From a virus (lineage: Duplodnaviria > Caudoviricetes): a DNA stretch of 26,173 nucleotides. A program made the translations under genes and the position numbers. The stretch lies in the IMG/VR virus record IMGVR_UViG_3300048817_000014, positions 1 to 26,173 of that record; one strand, written 5' to 3'. Shown here piece by piece: positions 1-6,822 of the stretch. The notes beneath the pieces were generated by a model. The model had not been told where the DNA came from, did no database searches, and saw only the letters and a list, made by a program, of their open reading frames with translations. Position 1 is the first letter of the stretch, and every line of letters starts with the position of its first letter.

Positions 1-66
1 GCGATGAGCTTTGCGGTATGCGTTACCCGATGCCAAAATGAGGGCTTCGCTTTCAGCACTTTAATT

Positions 67-180
67 TCAGAATTCTGCTGTGCAATTATGGCCGCGTCGG
101 ACGTTCGGTTGGCGGTGCAGGCATCCATACGCCCGCATATAAGCGTTGTACGCGAGACGTTGTTCCTCTGTCTTTGCCAT
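67..180 (-). pseudogene. Short ORF (37 aa, MAKTEEQRLAYNAYMRAY...), possible truncated homing endonuclease N-terminus
   Basis: ATG at 180 with SD AGGAG; TGA at 69-67. The first 18 aa resemble the helical N-termini of HNH/EndoVII phage nucleases. A second frame (ATG 128, MDACTANR...KPSFWHRVTHTAKLI) runs off the window edge. Confidence 0.35.
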
Positions 181-187
181 AGTTTTT

Positions 188-231
188 TTCTCCTGTAAAG
201 AACGTGGGGGTGAGATTACAGGTCTCACCCC
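188..231 (-). promoter_or_regulatory. Double-hairpin kissing-loop element masking the SD (copy B)
   Basis: Minus strand: GGGGTGAGA-[CCTGTAA]-TCTCACCCC, then TTCT-[TTACAGG]-AGAA, then ATG at 180. The two 7-nt loops are exact complements and loop 2 carries the AGGAG SD. Confidence 0.7.
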
Positions 232-286
232 GCACTGCCCTGGGTAATTAATCCAGAGATTATTGTGGATGTTAAATCCTTTAGAA

Positions 287-1543
287 TCAGGAGGTTCCGC
301 CAGTTACAGTCACGATCAACTCAGCGTCAATCGTATCGATGTAAGTTTCATCCATAACAGTGTTCGTGTCGACCAGACTCTGACCTTCTTTATTCCCGAA
401 AGTCGGAAGTTGGAAGTACAGGATTACCTGACCTGGAAAGTGTCCGCGAACCGTCCACGGGTTGTTATCCGTGTCATCGACTGTGGCCGAAGCCATATCG
501 GACGCAAAGCCCGCGTAAGCCTTCGCGCCTAGTACATTCGCACCACCGAATGGATTCGGTTTGTACCAAGACGGCAGAGTCTCTACCCCATAACCTGTCG
601 ATGCTGGGGCCGCTGCAAGAACAATCGCATTCGATGGACCGCCGACGCTACCGCCGCCGCCAATCGCGGGCATGGTGATAACCTCAGTCGTGGATAGTGT
701 AACCGCGCCTGTGCTAGCGAGTGCGCGACCGTTCAACGTTCCGCCGCCTAGGGTGATGCTAGCGAGAGCGAGAATGTTGCCAACCGTAACCGAGCCTGGC
801 CCGATAGAGGTAAACGATGAACCGTTGACCCAATAAACGTTGGCCGCTTGTGCACCGTTGACCAAGAGCATCGTTCCAGCGACAGCCTGGGTGATCGTCG
901 ATGCGGTAGCGTAGAACACGAAGATCGCCGCAGGATTACCCTGAGCGTCGAGTGTGACGGGGGTGTTAATCGCGATGGAACTCGGACTGACATACACGCC
1001 AGCCGTATAAGTGCCGTTTGCGGAACCGACGCTGTGCTGTGTGCCAAGAGCGCCGATATCGCCTGTCGTGAGGACCAGAGTGGTGGGCAACCCTTCGAAA
1101 TACGACAGGGCAGCCGTCAAATCGGTCTGTGCCTGTAACGCCGCCGTGTCGGCGTAGTGGAAGACGCCGCCTGTCAATGTCGAAGGCGGGAAGTTCGTGA
1201 CGCTCGAAGCGTTATCGGGATAGATGCCGATGTTTCCGCCTGAAACGGGAGAACCCGCGCCTGTGGAACCTGTGACTGCACTATACGCGAGGATGGCAAA
1301 GTTCTGAGCCGTCAGGAGATGGTTCGGGGGAGCGGGGACAGGAGCGGTGCCAGGGACAACAACGCCCGCGTCATCAATCGCGAGAGCCGTAACAGCAACG
1401 GAACTCCCGATAGCAATACTCACCGCGTATTGCGCAACGCCCCGCGTGCCCGCGACAGCGGGAACAACCTGTACGACGCCCGTGCCAGTGAGTTCAACTG
1501 CCGTAGCGACTCCGAGGCCAGTTGTTGGATTTGGATCAGCCAT
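287..1543 (-). CDS. Putative virion decoration protein with inserted DUF3494 ice-binding-like domain (418 aa)
   Basis: Residues ~76-290 show DUF3494 hallmarks: FAILAYSAVT, GNIGIYP, ALQAQTDL, AGVY, TLDAQGNPAAIFVF, LVNGAQAANVYW, GNILALASITL, GRALASTGAVTL. The flanks are paralogous to CDS 1776-2390. Confidence 0.85.
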   Translation of the reverse strand: MADPNPTTGLGVATAVELTGTGVVQVVPAVAGTRGVAQYAVSIAIGSSVAVTALAIDDAGVVVPGTAPVPAPPNHLLTAQNFAILAYSAVTGSTGAGSPVSGGNIGIYPDNASSVTNFPPSTLTGGVFHYADTAALQAQTDLTAALSYFEGLPTTLVLTTGDIGALGTQHSVGSANGTYTAGVYVSPSSIAINTPVTLDAQGNPAAIFVFYATASTITQAVAGTMLLVNGAQAANVYWVNGSSFTSIGPGSVTVGNILALASITLGGGTLNGRALASTGAVTLSTTEVITMPAIGGGGSVGGPSNAIVLAAAPASTGYGVETLPSWYKPNPFGGANVLGAKAYAGFASDMASATVDDTDNNPWTVRGHFPGQVILYFQLPTFGNKEGQSLVDTNTVMDETYIDTIDAELIVTVTGGTS

Positions 1544-1549
1544 AATATC

Positions 1550-1720
1550 TCATTTCTGCGGCAGTGCCGCTACATCTTGCCCGTCATCGAGTCTTCGTAG
1601 GACAGGGATTTGTTGCGAAGGTAACTTCGGGGCATTTCGTAATTCCCTCGGCACCCACTCTTCCGTCAACTGATTTGGGTGGAAGTTCTGTCCACCTACG
1701 CGCTTTGATGAACCGCCCAT
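1550..1720 (-). CDS. Hypothetical protein (56 aa, MGGSSKRVGG...)
   Basis: Strong SD GGAGG before ATG 1720; fills the gap between the two paralogues. Confidence 0.6.
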   Translation of the reverse strand: MGGSSKRVGGQNFHPNQLTEEWVPRELRNAPKLPSQQIPVLRRLDDGQDVAALPQK

Positions 1721-1729
1721 AGATCCTCC

Positions 1730-1763
1730 AAGAAAAGAAGTCGGGCTCCGTAGAGCCCGCTTC
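1730..1763 (-). terminator. Rho-independent terminator
   Basis: CGGGCTC-TACG-GAGCCCG hairpin followed by CTTCTTTTCTT, just downstream of CDS 1776-2390. Confidence 0.65.
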
Positions 1764-1775
1764 GAGTTAGTCCGG

Positions 1776-2390
1776 TTACGGGATGACGGAGACCACGACC
1801 TGTGCATAGATCATCATGATCGGAGTCTGTTCGGGGGTATTGTACCCGTCGTTGTCGCCCAGCGTGTTGTCGAAAGTCGGGAACTGCGCTTCCACAACGC
1901 ACTGTCCAACGGCGTTAGCAGTCACAACCACGTCCGCGTCATAGGTGCCATAACCAGCACCCAGAGTTACCACAGCGGCGTTGTACTGCTTGCCCGCGAT
2001 GCTTCCGTTGTTCGGACGGTACCAACCCTCGGCAGCGTTCGACAGGGGAGCGCAATACGCTTCCCACACAACATCAGCAACGTTGTATCCGCCGTTGACG
2101 ATGGTGGTGTCAGCAACGTCCTTCAGAATAGCAACCAACTCTGCCGCAGAGCTATACTTCACTCCGTTGACAGTCGCACCGCTCAGACTCAGAGTCAGAG
2201 CGTATTGTGCGCAAGGATGGTTAACGCTAGGTACTGCGCCAGAACCTTGACCCTGGGGGAATCCACTGGTTGCGCCAAAAGCATCGTTGGTAGGAGCGCC
2301 AGTAAGTCCGCCTGCGGGGGTGACGTTCGGTCCAGAGATCTGGACATAGGCTGCGACACCGAGTCCAGTTGTTGGATTAGAACTAGGCAT
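1776..2390 (-). CDS. Putative Ig-like (Big_2-like) capsid decoration/structural protein (204 aa)
   Basis: First same-strand gene after the capsid gene. The pattern AELVAILKD..DVVW..AVVTL..VTANAVGQCVVEA..AQVVVSV resembles bacterial Ig-like domains. SD AAGGA. Confidence 0.55.
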   Translation of the reverse strand: MPSSNPTTGLGVAAYVQISGPNVTPAGGLTGAPTNDAFGATSGFPQGQGSGAVPSVNHPCAQYALTLSLSGATVNGVKYSSAAELVAILKDVADTTIVNGGYNVADVVWEAYCAPLSNAAEGWYRPNNGSIAGKQYNAAVVTLGAGYGTYDADVVVTANAVGQCVVEAQFPTFDNTLGDNDGYNTPEQTPIMMIYAQVVVSVIP

Positions 2391-2410
2391 AGATTATTCC
2401 TTTTCTGGCA

Positions 2411-2439
2411 TTGACAACTGATGCCGCCTGTGCTAATCT
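2411..2439 (+). promoter_or_regulatory. Sigma70-type promoter for the HNH gene, probably giving a leaderless mRNA
   Basis: TTGACA (2411-2416), 17 bp spacer, TGn-TAATCT (2434-2439); ATG at 2446 lies 6 nt after the -10. Confidence 0.75.
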
Positions 2440-2445
2440 AGGATC

Positions 2446-3012
2446 ATGAAGAAACTAAACTTGACAGGCAAAATCCTTGACTCTGGCGTGGTTGTCGTAG
2501 CGCCAGCAGGCGTTTCCGTTCATGGCAAAAGCCTATGGAAATGCAAGTGCTTCTGTGAAAAGGAGTTTGTAGCACTTGGCTCTGAACTCCGTAGTGGACA
2601 CACGATGAGTTGTGGGTGCTACTCCAGAAGTGGAACTTTCGTAACCAAACATGGTCACCGCAGTGTCACGAAGGGGAGTAAAAAGCAATCCGCTTTGTAT
2701 ACGCTGTGGATCAATCTAAGAGCACGATGTCAAAATCCGCAGCATCCTCGTTTTGAGGATTACGGCGGTCGTGGCATTACCTTCAATCCGGAATGGGATG
2801 ACTTTCAAACTTTCCTATACGATATCGAAACCTCTATCGGACCAAAACCGCCCTTAGTATTTGGCTATGAGCGGTATTGGTCGATAGACAGAATCAACAA
2901 CGACAAAAGTTACGCCATGGATAACCTTCGATGGGCGAACCCCATCACACAGAATAACAATCGTCGGCAACGCCGTTGGCACAAACGACCAGAAGGGTTA
3001 GTGAAATGCTAA
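2446..3012 (+). CDS. Free-standing HNH-type homing endonuclease (188 aa), antisense to the operon
   Basis: Motifs WKCKCFC..SCGC, YGGRGI and SIDRINNDKSYAMDNLRWA are typical of phage HNH endonucleases. Confidence 0.85.
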   Translation: MKKLNLTGKILDSGVVVVAPAGVSVHGKSLWKCKCFCEKEFVALGSELRSGHTMSCGCYSRSGTFVTKHGHRSVTKGSKKQSALYTLWINLRARCQNPQHPRFEDYGGRGITFNPEWDDFQTFLYDIETSIGPKPPLVFGYERYWSIDRINNDKSYAMDNLRWANPITQNNNRRQRRWHKRPEGLVKC

Positions 3013-3016
3013 CCCT
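2994..3016. terminator. Hairpin between the convergent HNH and capsid genes
   Basis: AGGGTTAG-TGAAATG-CTAACCCT, 8-bp stem; U-tails are weak. Confidence 0.4.
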
Positions 3017-3031
3017 CTAAGTCGTTTAGAA

Positions 3032-4625
3032 TCAACTTATTGCGCTGGCCGCGTCTATTTCTCTGATGCGGATCGTGGTGTCAGGACCCAGACTCGTGGT
3101 GAAGTGCACGCGATAGCTCGTCCATCCGGGGATCAGCCCTTCAGGATCGGCTACTGTCGGTGCGGCGTTCTGCACGACGTTGCACTTGATGTTCTGCCAC
3201 TGACCTTCACCGAACGAGGTATCGTTCTGTGCTCCGAGGTTGATGGAGAAGATACCATCTTGCCCGAAGATGTAGGTCCGAAGCGCGGTCAACCCTGTCA
3301 CACCCTGATAGTTCGCGGTCTGGGTGACGAGGTTGGTCTGGAAGAACCGCACGCCTGAAGAAGGCAACTCAATGCTATCTTCGAGGTCGGTGCTGATCAG
3401 GTCTTCCATAGTCATCTGACCCTGAGCGGTGTGCTTCAGGATGTCGATGGGGGAATCGTTCGAGTTGTCAGCCAACACGTCGCCGAGGGCGAACGGGTGG
3501 ATGACGCCTACGAACATATCCTTCGCGAAAGGCTTCACGGAACGGCCAGCCAGCGACTGGACGCTGTTTCTGATTTGGCTCAGAGACAACGCAGTGAAGC
3601 TAGCAGTGGTCGTCGCAGCCAACTCGATCAGGACGCTGGAGTCGATGCTGTTCGCACCGTCTGCAGTCGCACGGACCAGAGCCGACAGGGACTCGCCCAA
3701 CTGATACGACAGTTCCTTCGCGACATTTTCTACCGTATTATCGATAGCTGTCGCAAGACTCAGCGAACTGAAGTTCGCGTAATCTGCATATTCACCGATG
3801 GTAGCAGTCGTGTTCAGAACGTTAACGCTCAACGAACTTCCCACCGTACCTTCAGTCGTCTGAGTAGTCAGAGCGGCTAATGGGACGTACATAAACATCT
3901 CATACTGGTTACCCGAGTTCTTCGGGAGGTCGAGACGCTGAGAACAGCGGACGAACGGGGTCTGTGCCTTCAAATTCTCACGGAACCGTTTCAGGTTCTT
4001 GTTACGCTGGAAAGCTTCAGCGGGCTACGCATTTCTGCTAGCCTCATACGGTTTTGATTCCCGTATGCTCGGACTATCGCATCACTTTAAGATAGGCGGC
4101 AACATTTTCGAGAAGGGTTGGATAATTCTCCATCACTCCTACAATCATGTTGCAGTACCAGTGAGTCAAACTACGAACCTTGTTGGTTTCGTGGTTGTGC
4201 TCAACTTGACAATCCCGGTCCAAGACATCGGGAAGCGGTTGGTGACAAACGGCACAAAGTCCCGTCTGTTCATCCCACATCCTCTGCTTATCCTCGATTG
4301 TCATATCGTACTTCCGACGCAGATGACGGTTTGCCTCAGCACGCTTATAATCAGGTTTTTGACGATAGGTGCGTTGGTATTCAGCCATTTTAGGGCGGTT
4401 CTTATCGAGCCACGCTTTTCGTTGTTCGGAAGTTTGCATAAAGTGTTCTCTTATTTAGTCTCTCACGGTGCCCGACTTTTGTCAAGTCTGCTTCCGCCTT
4501 GTTGGCATTTCAGCGTTCAAGTCAATTAAAGAGAATTTTACTACGACAAACGGTTAGATATCGTAGTACTTCACTGTGCTCTGGGGCAAGTTACTAAGCT
4601 GATTTCCAGCGGGAGAAAAACTCAT
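3032..4625 (-). CDS. Major capsid protein (N4-gp56/P22-coat-like), spliced: exon 1 4625-4560, exon 2 3991-3032, 341 aa
   Basis: Spliced N-terminus reads MSFSPAGNQLSNLPQSTVKYYD|KRFRENLKAQTPFVRCSQRLDLPKNSG. Also shows EYADY, FVGVIHP and ADP motifs typical of this capsid family. ATG follows the scaffold stop by 2 nt. Confidence 0.88.
4074..4439 (-). CDS. Intron-encoded endonuclease VII-like homing endonuclease (121 aa)
   Basis: LRRKYDMT..EQTGLCAVC..VEHNHETNKVRSLTHWYCN matches the recombination endonuclease VII pattern. The stop codon lies in the P7 3' strand. Confidence 0.85.
   Translation of the reverse strand: MQTSEQRKAWLDKNRPKMAEYQRTYRQKPDYKRAEANRHLRRKYDMTIEDKQRMWDEQTGLCAVCHQPLPDVLDRDCQVEHNHETNKVRSLTHWYCNMIVGVMENYPTLLENVAAYLKVMR
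4457..4485 (-). promoter_or_regulatory. Possible internal promoter for the intron ORF
   Basis: TTGACA (4485-4480) in P6, 17 bp spacer, TGn-GAGACT (4462-4457). The -10 is non-consensus at its first base. Confidence 0.4.
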
Positions 4626-4627
4626 AA

Positions 4628-5794
4628 CTAGTTACCTTGACGTTGTCGCACCGCCCGACGCTGGTCTGCTTCTTGCTGAAGCTTATCAACGTTCGGAAGG
4701 AATGTCGGGTCAGACTTGGCCCTAGTTCCATATTCAGTGGCGGACATTTTGTCAACTTCTGCCAGGGTCAGGGTTCGCACGCTCACGGATGATGCTCCGT
4801 TGGATGAAGAGACTCGCTCATTCAATCCTGAGGGGACCTGAGATCTGGCGTTTTGTACCGACGGAGCTTCGCTAGTAATTCGACTAGCTGCTGCCGTGGG
4901 AACCTGCGGTTTCGGTTCCGATTCTATTCTCGCGACCACTGGTACGGTCGCGATAGCCTGTGATGGTTGGACAACCATAGCGGGAGTCTGCAATACGGCA
5001 GTTCTCGCAAAGGCGATTTCGAAATTGTCGGTGGTTGGCGCGAGATCTCTCTCTTGCATCCACGACGTAATAACTACACGGTTTGATTCAATATCGTTGA
5101 AACCGTTTCCTACGCGGTCTAAAAATTCGTCGAAGTTGCGACGTACTTCATTCTCCATCAACAACCTCTGGGCTCGATTCAGGGTATCTGACAGAACCTC
5201 AGGTGTTGCTCCGTACGTGGCTTCGGCCAACTTGTTCTTGGCGTCCTCCATCTTCGCAGGGTCTTGAAGATCCTGCTGTAATTGGAACCGTTCGTCGACC
5301 GACAGATGCTTCGGCTTAAACCCCTCGAAGTTCTTAGGAAGACGGGCCGCGCTCGCGGGTACGTCCGCCTCGGGAGTCAGTCCCAAGCGTGCGTCACGCG
5401 AGAGCTTCTTCATCTGGCGCAGGATCGAGGTGTTCTGATCGGTGAACTTCTGGATCAACTCTTCCTGGGTTTTATAGATAATAACTTGTCTGCCGCCGAG
5501 AGGGATGTTGTTCTCGTCCGTCGGTTGCCACTCGTACCGCTGTTCAGTCAGTGCGGCTGGTGCCACGACTACTGGCGCTACGGGTTCCACGACGGGAACC
5601 ACGGCCACGGGCTCAAGCGGAGCCATCGGCGTCCCTGGTACTACGGTCATCCCCGTCTCGGGGTCGATCATATCAGGCGTGGTCATGGGCTGCGGGCTCA
5701 TGGCGTCAACCGCCTTGATGAACTCTGGGTCTCGTAAGTTCGCCGAGTACTCGCTGGCGGACATCGCGTCAATCTGGGTTACGGTATATGGCAT
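4628..5794 (-). CDS. Capsid scaffolding protein (388 aa)
   Basis: Lies directly upstream of the capsid gene; helical and Pro-rich; C-terminal VDKMSATEY motif typical of scaffold termini; SD GGAGGAG. Confidence 0.7.
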   Translation of the reverse strand: MPYTVTQIDAMSASEYSANLRDPEFIKAVDAMSPQPMTTPDMIDPETGMTVVPGTPMAPLEPVAVVPVVEPVAPVVVAPAALTEQRYEWQPTDENNIPLGGRQVIIYKTQEELIQKFTDQNTSILRQMKKLSRDARLGLTPEADVPASAARLPKNFEGFKPKHLSVDERFQLQQDLQDPAKMEDAKNKLAEATYGATPEVLSDTLNRAQRLLMENEVRRNFDEFLDRVGNGFNDIESNRVVITSWMQERDLAPTTDNFEIAFARTAVLQTPAMVVQPSQAIATVPVVARIESEPKPQVPTAAASRITSEAPSVQNARSQVPSGLNERVSSSNGASSVSVRTLTLAEVDKMSATEYGTRAKSDPTFLPNVDKLQQEADQRRAVRQRQGN

Positions 5795-5802
5795 TGCTCC
5801 TC

Positions 5803-6165
5803 CTAAAATAGATCCTGCCCATCGAACTCGGGCGGGTAGTACGGTCGTTCTGGATCGCTGATCGAACCGACGGTCGAGGCCTCACTACTCGCAAGGGTGA
5901 TCTCTTCCTTGATCCGCTGCAGTAGTCCTGCGTAAAACATTCCCGCAGCCTTTGCCAGACTGTGGTTAGACAGAACTTCCTGTGGATTAGAAGCGTCCGT
6001 GTTGATCAACTTTTGGTTGAGTAATCGGAGTTCATCCTCACAAAGCCTTTGAACAATCACAAATCCTTCGGTGTGGATATATCCCGCGACGACTATCCTC
6101 TGACGCGGATCCAAAACCGTAAGTGGTTTCAAGCCATCCTTGGCGAGGTCAAATACTTCCTCCAT
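5803..6165 (-). CDS. Hypothetical head-module protein (120 aa)
   Basis: SD AAGGAGG; occupies the usual small-gene slot between portal and scaffold. Confidence 0.7.
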   Translation of the reverse strand: MEEVFDLAKDGLKPLTVLDPRQRIVVAGYIHTEGFVIVQRLCEDELRLLNQKLINTDASNPQEVLSNHSLAKAAGMFYAGLLQRIKEEITLASSEASTVGSISDPERPYYPPEFDGQDLF

Positions 6166-6707
6166 ATCCCCTCCTTACCTTTTGAAACATAGTCAACGCC
6201 GTATCTTGCTATCTGGCGTTTCAGAATCGTCTCGGGACTCAACCTCTTTCCTAATCTTGCGTTAGCGATTTTTCTACGGGTTTCTACGGATCGAGGATGT
6301 CCTGTTCGGTTCTTTCCTCGCAACCCTAACGCGATGTGTCGGCAGTGTTCTTTTGATAACACCCTACCTACCGACTGGCGCGATTGATTCTGCCTGGTAA
6401 CTTCCGAGTGATGATATCCCGTGATCCCCTCTCCGCCGTCGGTGAGGTTATATCCAAACGAAGGGTTGTTAGCCTTAAGAGCAGCAATGAATACCATCTC
6501 TACAAAACCATCCAATTCCTCAATCTCGCATAAGAATTCACGGATGAAAGATTCGATTCCATATTTACGAATTGCCCTGGCGAACAGAGTTGGTGATCCC
6601 TTACGGGCATTGCACGTATGAACATTGTGACGAACTCTCGGATTAACCGTCTTGCCTACATACACCTTTCCGTTGATGCGGTTAGTGTATTTGTATATAG
6701 TTGTCAT
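6129..6707 (-). CDS. Free-standing GIY-YIG homing endonuclease with NUMOD3 repeats (192 aa)
   Basis: TIYKYTNRINGKVYVGKT, GYNLTDGGEG, HSEVTRQNQS and RSVETRRKIANARLG. Confidence 0.9.
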   Translation of the reverse strand: MTTIYKYTNRINGKVYVGKTVNPRVRHNVHTCNARKGSPTLFARAIRKYGIESFIREFLCEIEELDGFVEMVFIAALKANNPSFGYNLTDGGEGITGYHHSEVTRQNQSRQSVGRVLSKEHCRHIALGLRGKNRTGHPRSVETRRKIANARLGKRLSPETILKRQIARYGVDYVSKGKEGIWRKYLTSPRMA

Positions 6708-6708
6708 A

Positions 6709-6753
6709 GTCTCTCCTCGAAAGAGACGGGGCGAGTGTTCGAGGCACTCGCCC
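6709..6753 (-). promoter_or_regulatory. Double-hairpin kissing-loop element masking the SD (copy A)
   Basis: Minus strand: GGGCGAGTG-[CCTCGAA]-CACTCGCCC-C-GTCTCT-[TTCGAGG]-AGAGAC-T-ATG. The loops are exact complements and the SD GAGGAG is buried. Confidence 0.75.
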
Positions 6754-6822
6754 TATCGAATTTGCCACCCACCTCACGGTCACGGTGGCCCGTGGTCGGT
6801 TTATACTCCCGACAGAGAACGG

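Larger units (their letters stand above)
3992..4559 (-). mobile_element. Group I intron in the capsid gene, with an endonuclease ORF in the P8 loop (568 nt)
   Basis: P1 UACUACGAU/GUCGUAGUA with U.G at the splice site; P10 AACCGUUU/AAACGGUU; P3 UUCUCUU/AAGAGAA; P7 GAGACUA/UAGUCC; P8 CACUUUA/UAAAGUG; P9 CAUACGG/CCGUAUG; terminal G at 3992. Removal restores the frame. Confidence 0.93.

Noticed and set aside
2994-3016. Hairpin resembling intron P9.1 (GGTTAG..GAAATGC..TAACCC), suggesting the HNH gene lies in a fourth intron
   Set aside because: No P7 or P3 core was found around the HNH gene, and it interrupts no gene.
6129-6707. GIY-YIG genes (also 9424-9978) as intron-encoded
   Set aside because: Both are intergenic and lack flanking GAGACTA/TAGTCC core elements.
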